Source of the DNA: Octopus bimaculoides
Taxonomy: Eukaryota
Direction of reading: 5' to 3'
Assembly: GCF_001194135.2 (NCBI RefSeq)
Contig: NC_068983.1
Location: forward strand, 83,150,401 to 83,188,066
Length of the DNA: 37,666 nt
The notes beneath the pieces are model-generated. The model saw only the letters and a program-made list of their open reading frames with translations, made no database searches and had not been told where the DNA came from. Made by a program: the position numbers and the translations under genes. This document shows positions 1-11,119 of this stretch, piece by piece; the stretch's first letter is position 1, and each line of letters starts with the position of its first letter.

Positions 1-869
1 ATATATATATATATATATATATATAAACTGTAATTTTTGTATAATTATGTATTGTTAATATAACAATACATAAAGACGGGCTAGAGTTGAAGCGCTCAGC
101 ATGAGCTAGAATTCATCTTATAGTAAAAATGGATAGGTAACGGTGGAAAATCACAAGAATAATACCATATGTCCAACGCAAGATACAATATGTGTGTTCA
201 ATTCCTTCAAGAATCAATAAATAAATTTATAGTATTCAGTCTCTAAAGTGTCTGAAAGGTACGGTAAAAAGACAAGCAAATACAACAATAAAAACTTTAG
301 AAATATCATGAATGTTCAAAATATTTATTAAAAAAATATATTTATAAATATGCATGATTTCTAAGTTGTATAAAAATATGACAATTAAAGTTAAAACATT
401 ACGATATGTAAATGTACATTATGATATAACATTTAATGGGTAAATATATACGGTTTGATGAAGTTATAAATTTACATGTATTATATTAAAGACGTGTACA
501 TTAGGACAGGATAAAAAAAACAAAAAAACAAAACATANNNNNNNNNNCCACCCCTAGGGGTCAGCCACACTTAAGTGGCAATATACTACACTTTATATAT
601 ATATTGCCCCTACAAAAATCTTAAATCATAGGTTCTCCTGCTCTAACGTTTACCTACTATCAGTTATATCCTCACAATGATAGTTCAAGCTTTAAATCCT
701 GAATGTCATCCTCCTTCATAAATATGTATAATAGTTTTATTCCGAAAATACTACTTGCTCTGATCTTTGTGACATTATTCTTGTGATTTCATCATTAGAT
801 TGGCTGATATGCTACAAGAACACGTTTTTTTTTTTATTCGTTTGTTTTTTTGGCATCGATAAACAAGTC

Positions 870-1010
870 GCAAGTCGGACAAAAATGCTTACCGGTTTTT
901 CTTCCTCAATATTGTTCTGATTTCAAATACTGCAGAGGTCAAATTTGCTTTTCAGCCTTCCGGGGTTAATAAAATAAAATAGCAGTCATGTAATTTTGAT
1001 CGACTTGCAT
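870..1010 (+). mobile_element. SINE family A, degenerate copy
   Basis: aaaatgcttaccggtttt...tttcaaatactgcagaggtcaaatttgcttttcagccttccggggttaataaaa aligns by eye with the better family A copies (e.g. 31938-32011 gagttcaaattccgccgaggtcgactttgcctttcattctttcggggtcgataaaa). Boundaries are approximate. Confidence 0.6.
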
Positions 1011-1259
1011 GCTTCATCGACACTTACTGGCCATTTTACCAAAACGTAAAAGAATTATTATTATTCACTGCAAAATACATAGGACGTGTTTTCCAACGCT
1101 CCAGGTCGGTGCAGCTTAAAACATTTATTTACACAGGTCTAGTGCGTTTTTGCATTATTTATTTTATTCCAGGTTGTGAATAGAAACATCAGGAAACTGT
1201 TACTGGTTTTCTTTGGTTGAGTTGTGTTTGACTAGATTAAATTAAACGCTCACCGAATT

Positions 1260-1433
1260 TATTTGGTGGGCTGAATATAGAGGGATTACAGCGACCATAG
1301 TACTTTTTTTATAGACCTCGAAAGGACGAAAGTCAAAATCGACCTTTGTGAGATTTGAACTCAAAACGTGAAGACGGACAAATGCCGTTAAGCCTTGCGC
1401 CCGGCGTGCTAACGATTCTGCCAGTTCGTAGCC
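1260..1433 (-). mobile_element. SINE family A (tRNA-derived)
   Basis: The minus strand carries an A-box-like tggcagaatcgttagc and a B-box-like gagttcaaatct, and matches the copies at 13489 and 21533. Confidence 0.8.
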
Positions 1434-1447
1434 TAAATGATATTAGT

Positions 1448-1495
1448 AACAATGATGATGATAATAATAATCACAACAGCAGCAGCAGCAGCAGC

Positions 1496-1590
<95 letters not shown>

Positions 1591-1635
1591 GATGATGGTG
1601 AAGAAGAAGAAGATGATGATGATGATGATGAAGAA
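1448..1635. repeat. Compound trinucleotide microsatellite (GAT/AAT/AGC/AAC/AAT/AAG/GAT)
   Basis: Read directly from the sequence. It accounts for the poly-N, poly-I and poly-L ORFs in the track. Confidence 0.97.
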
Positions 1636-3137
1636 AATTGTGGATAGGTGGCATTTTATATTCAAAACTTAACCCTTACAATGATCGTGGTTGCTCTTTA
1701 TGCTTCCAGGATCGATAACATCAGCACCAATCATAGAGTGTGGTCAGTTGAATAAATTTAGAAACTCGTGGCCTTATGCCGATCTAAGAAATCATGATTA
1801 TTTCAACCTTCTCCTTGTTATCCTTACTGAAGTGAGGTGGATCCATAGATAGGAAGCAAATGTTTACAAACAATAAAACATTTTGTAGGTTTGAAACTTG
1901 ACGGGCGAAAGGAGAAGAAAATATTTATGCATAAATCTGATTGAAAGAGGACATCTTTAGAATGCGAAGAGTAAACAGTTGTGGTGATAATAGCGGACAG
2001 CTTTAGAAGATTTGTTATGTGTACCGGCTTTAACTATGTAATACTTCATAGTTTTGGCAGGCAGTGTAATACTCATAAATACGTACATACATCACACGCG
2101 CAGACAGTACACGCAGAAATGAATTAAGGATCCAATCTAAGTGCCAAAATTCTTAGTTTGACGGGAAGCAGTTAGTGGTGGAATGACCAAGTGAAGTGTA
2201 TGTGTGTGTCTTTCTATCTTTCTCTCATCTCTTTGTCTCTGTGTGTGTTTTTACTCTCTCTGTAAGTGCGTGTGAGAGTGTGTAGGCATGTATGCGTATG
2301 TGTAAGTATGAATACGTGATTATACCCAAATGTGTTTCGGATGCATATGTGTTTATGCCTGTTTGTGCGGGGAAAAAGATTAAGAATGAGAGACACTTTA
2401 AGATTATGTTAGATGATGATAAATAGATAGGAAAAGAATAAAGAGAAAAAGAAAGTAGAAAGAGTGAAGGGTAAGAAAGAAAGCGGTTAAAAATAATAAC
2501 AGCCCTAGTTATAATAACGATAGCAATAATAATGAAAATAATAACGAGGGAGAAAAGAAAAAGAAAAGAATTGAACAAACGTGGGATTGCAGTTTGCACC
2601 TGGCTGCGTGTTGTTTGATTGCTTAAGACATGTCCACTCGATTCCCTAAAAATAGCAGCTAAAATTTCTTCATGTTATAGCCTACCATTTAATAAAAACG
2701 AAGGATGCATATAACCCAGGTTATAGTTTAGCTAGAAAACAATAAGAGGCAGAGGGTCAGTGACGGTCGAAATGCTCTTACTCGTAGATAAGGGTCGACT
2801 AGCAGTTGATGATTAAGATAATAACAACAAAAACCATTAAACGATGATAGAGTGAGATTTGGCTGCTTGTTCTAGCTAAGTGTACGCGTAAGCTGGACAA
2901 ACCAACAATATAGTGGTTATCATTATCAACAAAACAACTACATTAATTACTCCCCATTATGTCCCATTATATTGTCACAGAAAGGAAAGCATACATTGCA
3001 TCATGTAGGTCTGGAAAAAAGACGATAGGACGATTACGGTTAGAATGCTCAGGTTTGATCGGTCAGAACTGCCCGATGCTGAAGAATAAGAACTGCTATT
3101 CATTAACTCTCCAAATATGGGGTGTTTCTATGGTTCT

Positions 3138-3341
3138 GCTTTTTACTTGTTTCATTGATTGAAGTGCATCCGTGATGGGGCGCCTCCTTGATGGATTTTA
3201 GTCGGGCGAATCAACCCTAGTATTAGTTTTTAAACCTGGTAATTCTTCTACCGGTTACTTTTGCTCAACCGTTAAGTTACGGGGACGCAAACTTAAGTTT
3301 GTTAAGTAGAAGTAATGACAAACACTAAAAGACACACACAG

Positions 3342-3385
<44 letters not shown>

Positions 3386-3395
3386 NNNNNNNNNN

Positions 3396-3457
<62 letters not shown>

Positions 3458-3600
3458 CGAGAGGTTTCTTTCAGTTTCCGTCGATCAAATCCGTTCAAAT
3501 GGTTTTGGTCAGCTCAGGACTTTAGTAGAAGGCATTTGTCCAAAGTGGGAATGAACCAGAACCTTGTAGTTGGGAAGTAAACTTTTTACCACGCAGCTAC
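3138..3600 (-). mobile_element. SINE family B, degenerate, with internal (TCTA)n
   Basis: Segments match the family B copy at 32015-32466 (ttttacttgtttca..., aaccgttaagttacggggacg, tttcagtttccgtcgatcaaatcc, ttttaccacgcagctac). The (TCTA)n run is at 3341-3457. Confidence 0.75.
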
Positions 3601-4630
3601 TTCTTCTGCTGATCAAATGTCCTTTTAATTACACTTCACTTTCATAGAAAAGAAGTTCCTTGCATATAATTAAAAGAGAGGCGAATCACGGTTGGAACGC
3701 CTTTGACTATAAGCTTGCTCTGCTTGATCACATTTATCCTAGGGCTAAAGTACCACAACAATTGTATGGCCATTATATCTTTATTATCACAACCGCTACC
3801 GTTAGTAACTCCATCATCAGAACTTCCACCACTCATTGTCTGTCTCACTGCTCTTACGCTACGACAGAAACAACTTCACACAGTCTACAATGTTCCACAC
3901 CTCGTTGTCAACACCGACATTATGTATCATAACAACAGCTGTAAGACATAAGAATGACCTCCTATACATGAAGATTCACGCTCTTGTCCAATATATATCT
4001 TACAGAAAGTGGTAAATCTTACACTGATGACAGAATGAATGGCGGCATTTATCAGCAGAAGACTATTTTATATAAATAGGCCTGGCACTAGAAAGAAGGC
4101 GTTAAAAATAGTTTGGCAATGTGAGTGTGCGTGCGAGTGCCCGTGTGTGAGTGTCTGGTGAGTTTGGTGTTTGTGATGTGTGTCTGTGCGGGCGGGCGTT
4201 TNNNNNNNNNNNNNNNNNNNNNNNNNNNNNNNNNNNNNNNNNNNNNNNNNNNNNNNNNNNNNNNNNNNNNNNNNNNNNNNNNNNNNNNNNNNNNNNNNNN
4301 NNNNNNNNNNNNNNNNNNNNNNNNNNNNNNNNNNNNNNNNNNNNNNNNNNNNNNNNNNNNNNNNNNNNNNNNNNNNNNNNNNNNNNNNNNNNNNNNNNNN
4401 NNNNNNNNNNNNNNNNNNNNNNNNNNNNNNNNNNNNNNNNNNNNNNNNNNNNNNNNNNNNNNNNNNNNNNNNNNNNNNNNNNNNNNNNNNNNNNNNNNNN
4501 NNNNNNNNNNNNNNNNNNNNNNNNNNNNNNNNNNNNNNNNNNNNNNNNNNNNNNNNNNNNNNNNNNNNNNNNNNNNNNNNNNNNNNNNNNNNNNNNNNNN
4601 NNNNNNNNNNNNNNNNNNNNNNNNNNNNNN

Positions 4631-4762
4631 NATATACATACATACATACATACATACATACACACACACATACATATATACATACATACATACATACATA
4701 CATGCATACGTACATACATACATACATACATACATACATACATACATACATACATACATACA
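4631..4762. repeat. (TACA)n microsatellite
   Basis: Read directly; it abuts the 4202-4630 gap. Confidence 0.97.
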
Positions 4763-5114
4763 TACGCACTGCCTATATACAAATATTGAGAAATTAAGTT
4801 TTTCAAAACTAGAAAGGAGACAACTGATTCGAAGACTACAGATCCAGCTCATCACTGGAACTGTAAAAATCTGCAAAACTTTCCAGAAGTTTATCATTTA
4901 AGTATATATGAGCATGTCTAGATATGCAGCTACGTGCATGAGAATACATACATAAAACACAACATACAAGTCTGCACATATACATACATACCAACACGGG
5001 CAAAAGTATACATTAAGCAGCAAAGAACATGGTACACCAATATTAAGAAATACTACGGTGAGATTTGTAAGAAAACATTCTCTACTAAGGCATTTAATCA
5101 CAGAGACAAAGAAT

Positions 5115-7395
5115 GACCTTACGACTTGGCACTGGACGAAAGCGTGCAGAACTATTTCGTTGCTCTGCGCGCATCTCGGGCAAGTCCGGCTGACAGCACT
5201 TCCATGTCTGTAGAGTTTATCCCCAACCGGCAATGAACCCCGGTAGCACTGCCAGGCCAAGATTTTATGAAAATTATCCATGGGCCCCGGCTCGGAAGTC
5301 CCCCAGAACAGAGCAGACAGTTGGCTCTCGTCGACGTCCAGAGTCTCCCCCAAAATGTCATTGCACTTGCTCGGCACTAATTCTCTATAGAACGCCAAAA
5401 TAGAACTTCCACCAACAGCATTGCCCGACTGATAGAGGACTGTGGGCGTCTGATGATACTCTAGGTGCCAGGCACCCTGCCTCAGTTTATGCTTGACCCA
5501 GGACTGCAACAACTCAGTCAAAGTGACATGCTGTGGAAAAGTGAGTCTCACAAACGGTGACCATAACTGATCCCTGTCAAGGAAACATTGGAGATGTAGC
5601 CTCAGTGAATGTCTCGCATCATCAGCTACGGAACGCCCAGCCCTCCATTCACCGGGTATTGTCAGCGAATGTAGAACCTGACCAGTGGACCACGTCTCTT
5701 CCGCAGAAAGCGGACGAGTATGCGCTCCAGTTTGGTCAGACATAAACTGGGGAAGGTTCTCCGGTCACGCGGTAATATATATTGAAGGGGATGTATGTAT
5801 TCGCCATCTCTGCCCGACCTTTCAGAAATAACCTTTTTTCGGCCCATTTTAGGTTGAGATTAACCACCCCTGTCGTCACCTAGTCCAGTTCTCCACCTGG
5901 AGATTTGGACCATGCCAAACCCCGACCAATTTAATCGTCCCTGCCGTCCAGCGTCCCACGGCGTGGATCTGCTTTTCCAGATGCCGAGCTGCAGATCCAC
6001 TGACTTTTCTTGGTAAATTTGGTCTTTCATCACCGCTTCATATTCTTTTTGAGCAGCGACAATCAGGGTGTATGTACTTCGTGCCTGATACCATAGCGGT
6101 GGGGTCATTTGCGTAGGCCAACACAGATCTTCGACGTCTTACCTCGTGTGGGATTTTTCTCAACACAGTAATGACTTTAGAGCCAGTACATACAGAAGAA
6201 ACAAGAGGAACATTATATACAGAACAGACAAGAGGGACTTAGACAGAGCACATGATGCTGAATTGTTCTGAAAGATAACTTTTCACTCAAACTATCGAGA
6301 AAATGTCGCAGTAAGTTGCTGCAATCCAGTAGAAAACGGGACCCAAACCAGCCACCGTGAGGTCCATCCTACTGAAGGATTTTGATTGATTCAAATTGAT
6401 CAGGGCCTTACCCATGCCACCTTCTTTAGCTACTCTGTATGCGAAGTATCACATGAGGTGGTGTTTGTCATAGATGTATCTGCTTAGGATCACACATGTT
6501 TGCCCTTCAGCAATCAGTTCCTCTACGACATGTGACAACCTCTTTGCTAATACCTTGGCCAAAAGTTTGAAATCTGCATTTAGCGCAGAGTTACGGGCCT
6601 AAAATTTTCTATTTGATCGTTTGGCTCCTTTTTTAGCAGTGCCTTCGCTCACAGAAGTAGGAATTCTCCCGTTCTGTTGCCAGTTGCAGTATATATCTGC
6701 CAAATACGCCTTCAAACAAGTCTTGTATATACAAATAAAGCTCGTAGGACAGACCATCCAAGCCAGGAAATTTTCCCACCGGACAACTCATCATCTCGTC
6801 TCATTTTTCTGTGGTTGTTTCGCAATACGCCGTTTCCCTTGACAGTCGGGGGTGTTGTAAAGGTAGGCACTGAAGTCTCAAACACTTGAGCATAGTGTGA
6901 CCGAAATGTGGCAGCTACTCAGGCCTGATTAACATGCGCCCATTTTAGTCTACCAATGACCATTTTGTAGATTTTTTGCCACGTTGCGCCTCCGTCACTC
7001 GGGCCCATCGATCAGCTTTCGTCCCGTCGTGTCTTAGACCACATACCTTAGCTCTCACAATGCAACCTTTGTGCTAAGCGTCGAAGAGTTTGTACAGAGA
7101 ACACGTCGGTTGCGACGCCTTTCCTAAGTACCTCAACTAAGTTTCCCTCCATTCTATTTCTTGCTTTTGCTAATGCCTGAATAAACACAAACAATTCTAC
7201 GCTAGTTGCCCTTTTCAGGGTAAACTACCATTTGCTGTTGACGATTGACTCCTTTAACTCTAGCTTAACTGATTTTCTAACCCCGTTTAACTAATTCACT
7301 TATCCCGCTTAACTAATTCGCCAATCTGGTCTCTGTAAGCTTGGCACTCCGAGAGTGACCTGTTCATCTTCAAGTAACCAGGTCCATGACTAAAA
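5115..7395 (-). mobile_element. L1/Tx1-clade LINE, decayed ORF2 (post-endonuclease linker, RT, zf-RVT), truncated at both ends
   Basis: Minus-strand translation across stops and frameshifts gives HGPGYLKMNRSL (about 7388-7353, the motif that follows the APE domain), KFPGLDGLSYELY (about 6775-6737), ENFRPVTL[frameshift]NADFKLLAKVLAKRL (about 6610-6535), AYAND (6104-6118, degenerate YADD), YEAVMKDQIYQEKSVDLQLGIW, and WQCYRGSLPVGDKLYRHGSAVSRTCPRCAQSNEIVLHAFVQC (CCHC, zf-RVT type). Similarity to the second copy stops near 5115. Confidence 0.9.
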
Positions 7396-7483
7396 ACTCC
7401 TGTAAACATTAATTCCCGTTCTCGTTAATGCAACTTATGTTTGTGACACGTGGAAAAAAAACCCTGTCAGCAAAGAGGCAGGT

Positions 7484-7700
7484 GAGACGTTATGCAAGTG
7501 AAACGTTATGCAAGACGTTATGCAACTCAGTCAACAAAGAGACTAGTGAGACGTAATGAAACATTGACAAACTTAATGCTCCTAAGTTGGCAAGCGACAT
7601 ATGGGATCGGAAGACCAACTGCACACTACATACCAACAAGTGGAGAATCGTCAAGAAAACCACGCTATAGGGAAACTGATCAAAGAGACGCAAGTAACAA
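7484..7700 (+). pseudogene. Possible remnant of a Penelope-like GIY-YIG endonuclease C-terminal half
   Basis: Frameshifted plus-strand peptides KRYA (repeated), NIDKLNAPKLASDIWDRK, NKWRIVKKTT and SKRRK resemble my recollection of the Penelope pattern KxRYxNH...STxLSxxIWxLK...IKWxIVKK...SKRCxLC. This is recognition by eye only. Confidence 0.35.
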
Positions 7701-10157
7701 TCTTCCCGTTTTCTTTCTCGCGTTTTCTCATGGACCAGCGTTCTGGTATTCAAATAGGAGTAACCATGTGCACTGAGCCTGAAAGATCGCTTGGAAACAC
7801 AAGGCATGATGCATAAATCTGCCAAATTACAGTGCCTTCATGGCATGAAACTATTAGTAGCTCTTATTTAAATACTGTATACATTAAATGATATCTATAT
7901 CTCACTGGATGGAGTACTTTTTATTGACCCTACCTATAACGGAACAGTAAACTATATATATAATCCATTTATGAGGATTCTTAAGAATCACAGGACATCA
8001 ACAAGTGGGACATCAACAATGGCTAGGTACAGTCAGATAGAACACAGTAAAATATAACAACATTACTGACTTCAAGTGCAGCAACAGACCGTACATATGC
8101 AAGTATCAAATCCAACTTATAACCATAAATCCGACTCATCATTGTATACTATGATGTAATCTTTTATGACTACATTAAGTAAAAATTCTACTGAAACAGC
8201 TGTCGTAAATTTTAAACGCCATTTGCGTTTACTTATATATATATATATNNNNNNNNNNNNNNNNNNNNNNNNNNNNNNNNNNNNNNNNNNNNNNNNNNNN
8301 NNNNNNNNNNNNNNNNNNNNNNNNNNNNNNNNNNNNNNNNNNNNNNNNNACACACACACACACACAAACACGCATCACACAGATATATTGACTAAAGAAT
8401 TTAATAAAAAATTCAGACTCCTATAAATTTTATTTTCATCTGAAATTACATTGACATAAAGTATAAGATATACCGTTTACCGATTTTTCAGTAATCAATG
8501 TAATAAATGAAAAATCAATTCTGTATTCATTTTGAGGATTAATCTTAAAAACGCTGAATTAATGCGTTGAGAATATAAAAGATTTTCATGTAGTTCGTTT
8601 TGATATATGGTGACAAAAATATCGAATTTTTATTTGCGTTAACTAAAGAAAAAAATTTACATTGTTTTAGAGCATGCATGAATATTTTTATGCGACTATT
8701 CGGTGTTCAGCCGTTAGCTTATCCAAAATATTGTAAGAAATATTTTGATTTATGACAAAAAATAACAACCATTCATGCTGTTCATGATGAAGCATTTATA
8801 AAACAATATATTCATTTTTCATGAAAATCAAAGATCACCACCGCCATTATACTGCTTATAAGGATTGTAATATATGCGATATATTCGAAACAATTTAATA
8901 GCCCTTAACATTGATATATTTCAGAGACTGACAAACTTGTGCCCAAAGACCGTTCCGGATTTCTGAAAGAACACTAATGCTGATTAACTTGTGCTTTGCA
9001 TGTATTTTCATTTAGCACTATATAATATTTGAGAACTGAATAACCAATTTTAACTACGTTTGCATAATAAATTATAGATTTAGAAATATGTGAATTATTT
9101 ATGTTTTTCTTGTAGCTTGTGAGAGAGTTATAATGCCAATAAGATACATGTACTGATTTATTTAAAGAACAATTTACAGTATTCAGACAACGACATAAGG
9201 GGGAAATATTAGGTGTACATGGCTGATTAAGATTATTTTGTACTGTAAATGTTTTCTCTTTCTACGATAAATGCATTATTTCTATTAAAACGTTTTATAG
9301 TGTTGTTCTCCCGAAAGTGGTAAAAGAACTGATTTGCGATATGTGTATTCACATTCAACCTGAATACACCTAAAAAAAAATATAAAAAACGTTTGTACGT
9401 TTCCTGTTTTTACATTGATAAGAATGGGCGATATTTATATAACTAATTATATTTTAAAACCAACTTCAGTTTTATCCGTTATTGCAATACAGGTCTCGAT
9501 TGTTGAAGGAAAATATATCGGCTGAAATACTGGATAACCGTATACTAATATTCAGGTTTGATATAACAAGCATATTTTTAATAGTATCATTAATATTATT
9601 GGACAAAACGTATTAATTTCATATAAATTAAAAATATAAATAGTCTTTCCCCACACATATTTCTTTCTGTTTGTGTCCTTCGAGAGGTTAACTGTGATAT
9701 CTCCTGGAGAAAGATGACCTCTGCAAGGTCTAAAAAACTCTCTAGATACACCATATGTTACATTACCCGACGACTTTATGAAGGAGATAAGGTCTCAAGG
9801 CAAGTCAAAGCAATATATATGAATACACATATATGCATGCATGTGCACACTCACACACGCGCGCGCGCGTGTGCGCTAACGTTTTTACGAATAGGATGTA
9901 AAGGTTAAATAAATGCCGTGAGAAAATTAAATAACATGAATGAAGTAAATTCCATGACAGAAGAGGGGAAAATATTTCCCTGTAATAAAAGCAGCAAAAA
10001 ATTCCTGGACAAATCCATAAATCACGGATAGCACTATATATCATTTCAGAGCGTCAGATAATATGGAAGAAAGGGAGTGGGACGATATGAGTAATATTCT
10101 TGGACTAACAACTAAAATAAGATCACCAACCGCAGCTTTCGGACGCTATTCTCCGCG

Positions 10158-10199
10158 CTGTTATTTCAAGTAGATCACTTGACCTACTTGAAATAACAG
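10158..10199. repeat. Hairpin with perfect 16-bp stem and 10-nt loop
   Basis: ctgttatttcaagtag (10158-10173) is the exact reverse complement of ctacttgaaataacag (10184-10199). Confidence 0.95.
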
Positions 10200-10339
10200 T
10201 CAAACATCGCTCAATTTACACCTTTTGAAGTAATAAAACATCGCATTAAGAAACGTAGTCGCACACACGCCCAACAATCAGGATGGTCACAGTTGATTAT
10301 AGGTCTGTTTGATGGCACTTCTAGTAATATGGTATCGAT

Positions 10340-10660
10340 CCAGCAGAATCATTAGGTACGCCGAACAAAATGCTTAAAATCATTTGTTCCGGCTCTTTAA
10401 GTTTTGAGTTCAAATACCACCGAAGTCAACTTTGCATTTCATTCTTTTGGAGTCGATAAAATGAGTAACACTTGAGCTCTGAGACTAATGTAATTGTTGC
10501 AGTAGGTACACACCAGAGCAAATATACGATATTGATGTAACATTTTTGGATGCGTATACCTTGCCAGAATTTGTAGAAGAAAAACCAGTTGAACAATGGA
10601 GTTGATAGAATCGACTTAACCCCCTCTCCCAAAATTGTTGGCTGGTGCCATAGTTTGAAA
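10340..10660 (+). mobile_element. SINE family A interrupted by a 117-bp insertion
   Basis: cagcagaatcattag...gagttcaaataccaccgaagtcaactttgc...gtcgataaaatgagtaaca reads on into gttgaacaatggagttgatagaatcgacttaacccctctcccaaaattg if 10471-10587 is removed. Confidence 0.75.
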
Positions 10661-11119
10661 TGAAAATCAGTGAGTCCTATAATCTTTATAGGCGCAGGCA
10701 TGGCTGTGTGATAAGAAGCTTTCTTCCGAACCACATGGTTTCGGGTTTTGTTCCACAGCGTAGCACCTTAGGCAATTGTCTTCTACTATGGCCTTGGGCC
10801 AATCAAAGCCTTGTGAGCCGGCAAAAATGTGTTGAACTTGTAATTCAAAGGGCCGGAATTGTCACATTCTGTGTCACTCTGAATCTCCCCGAGAACTACG
10901 TCAAGGGTACGCGTGTCTGTGGAGTGCTCAGCTATCTGCACGTTAATTTCACGAGCAGGCTGTGAAACCTCGTAACCGACAGAGTGCCTGTAAGCGACAT
11001 TCTCTTTAATCTTCAAATGCTGGTGCTGGTTTTTCTTCTACAAATTCTGGCTAGGTATACGCATCCAAAAATGTTACATCAATATTGTATATTTGCTCTG
11101 GTGTGTACCTACTGCAACA
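10495..11119. repeat. 94-bp inverted repeat (arms 10495-10588 and 11026-11119), 2 mismatches
   Basis: Base-by-base comparison of the left arm tgttgcagtaggtacacacc...agaagaaaaaccag with the reverse complement of the right arm. Confidence 0.95.
10690..10988 (+). mobile_element. Chimeric SINE: family B head plus family C tail
   Basis: 10690-10817 matches the head of 25986-26405. 10818-10988 matches the 3' part of 23297-23679 (gtaattcaaaggg...gagaactacg...gtgtctgtggagtgctcagc...cacgagcaggctg). Confidence 0.85.

Noticed and set aside
7975-8155. Peptide ITDFKCSNRPYICKYQ reminiscent of a C-type lectin C-terminus, with a nearby ggacatcaacaa duplication
   Set aside because: There is an in-frame stop just upstream, no WIG or WxD motifs, and no good splice sites.
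8925-10095. Possible small plus-strand exons (TDKLVPKDRSGFLKEH at 8925; TPYVTLPDDFMKEIRSQG near 9750; ASDNMEEREWDDM near 10050)
   Set aside because: No recognisable protein, weak or missing donors, and they cannot be joined into a consistent frame.
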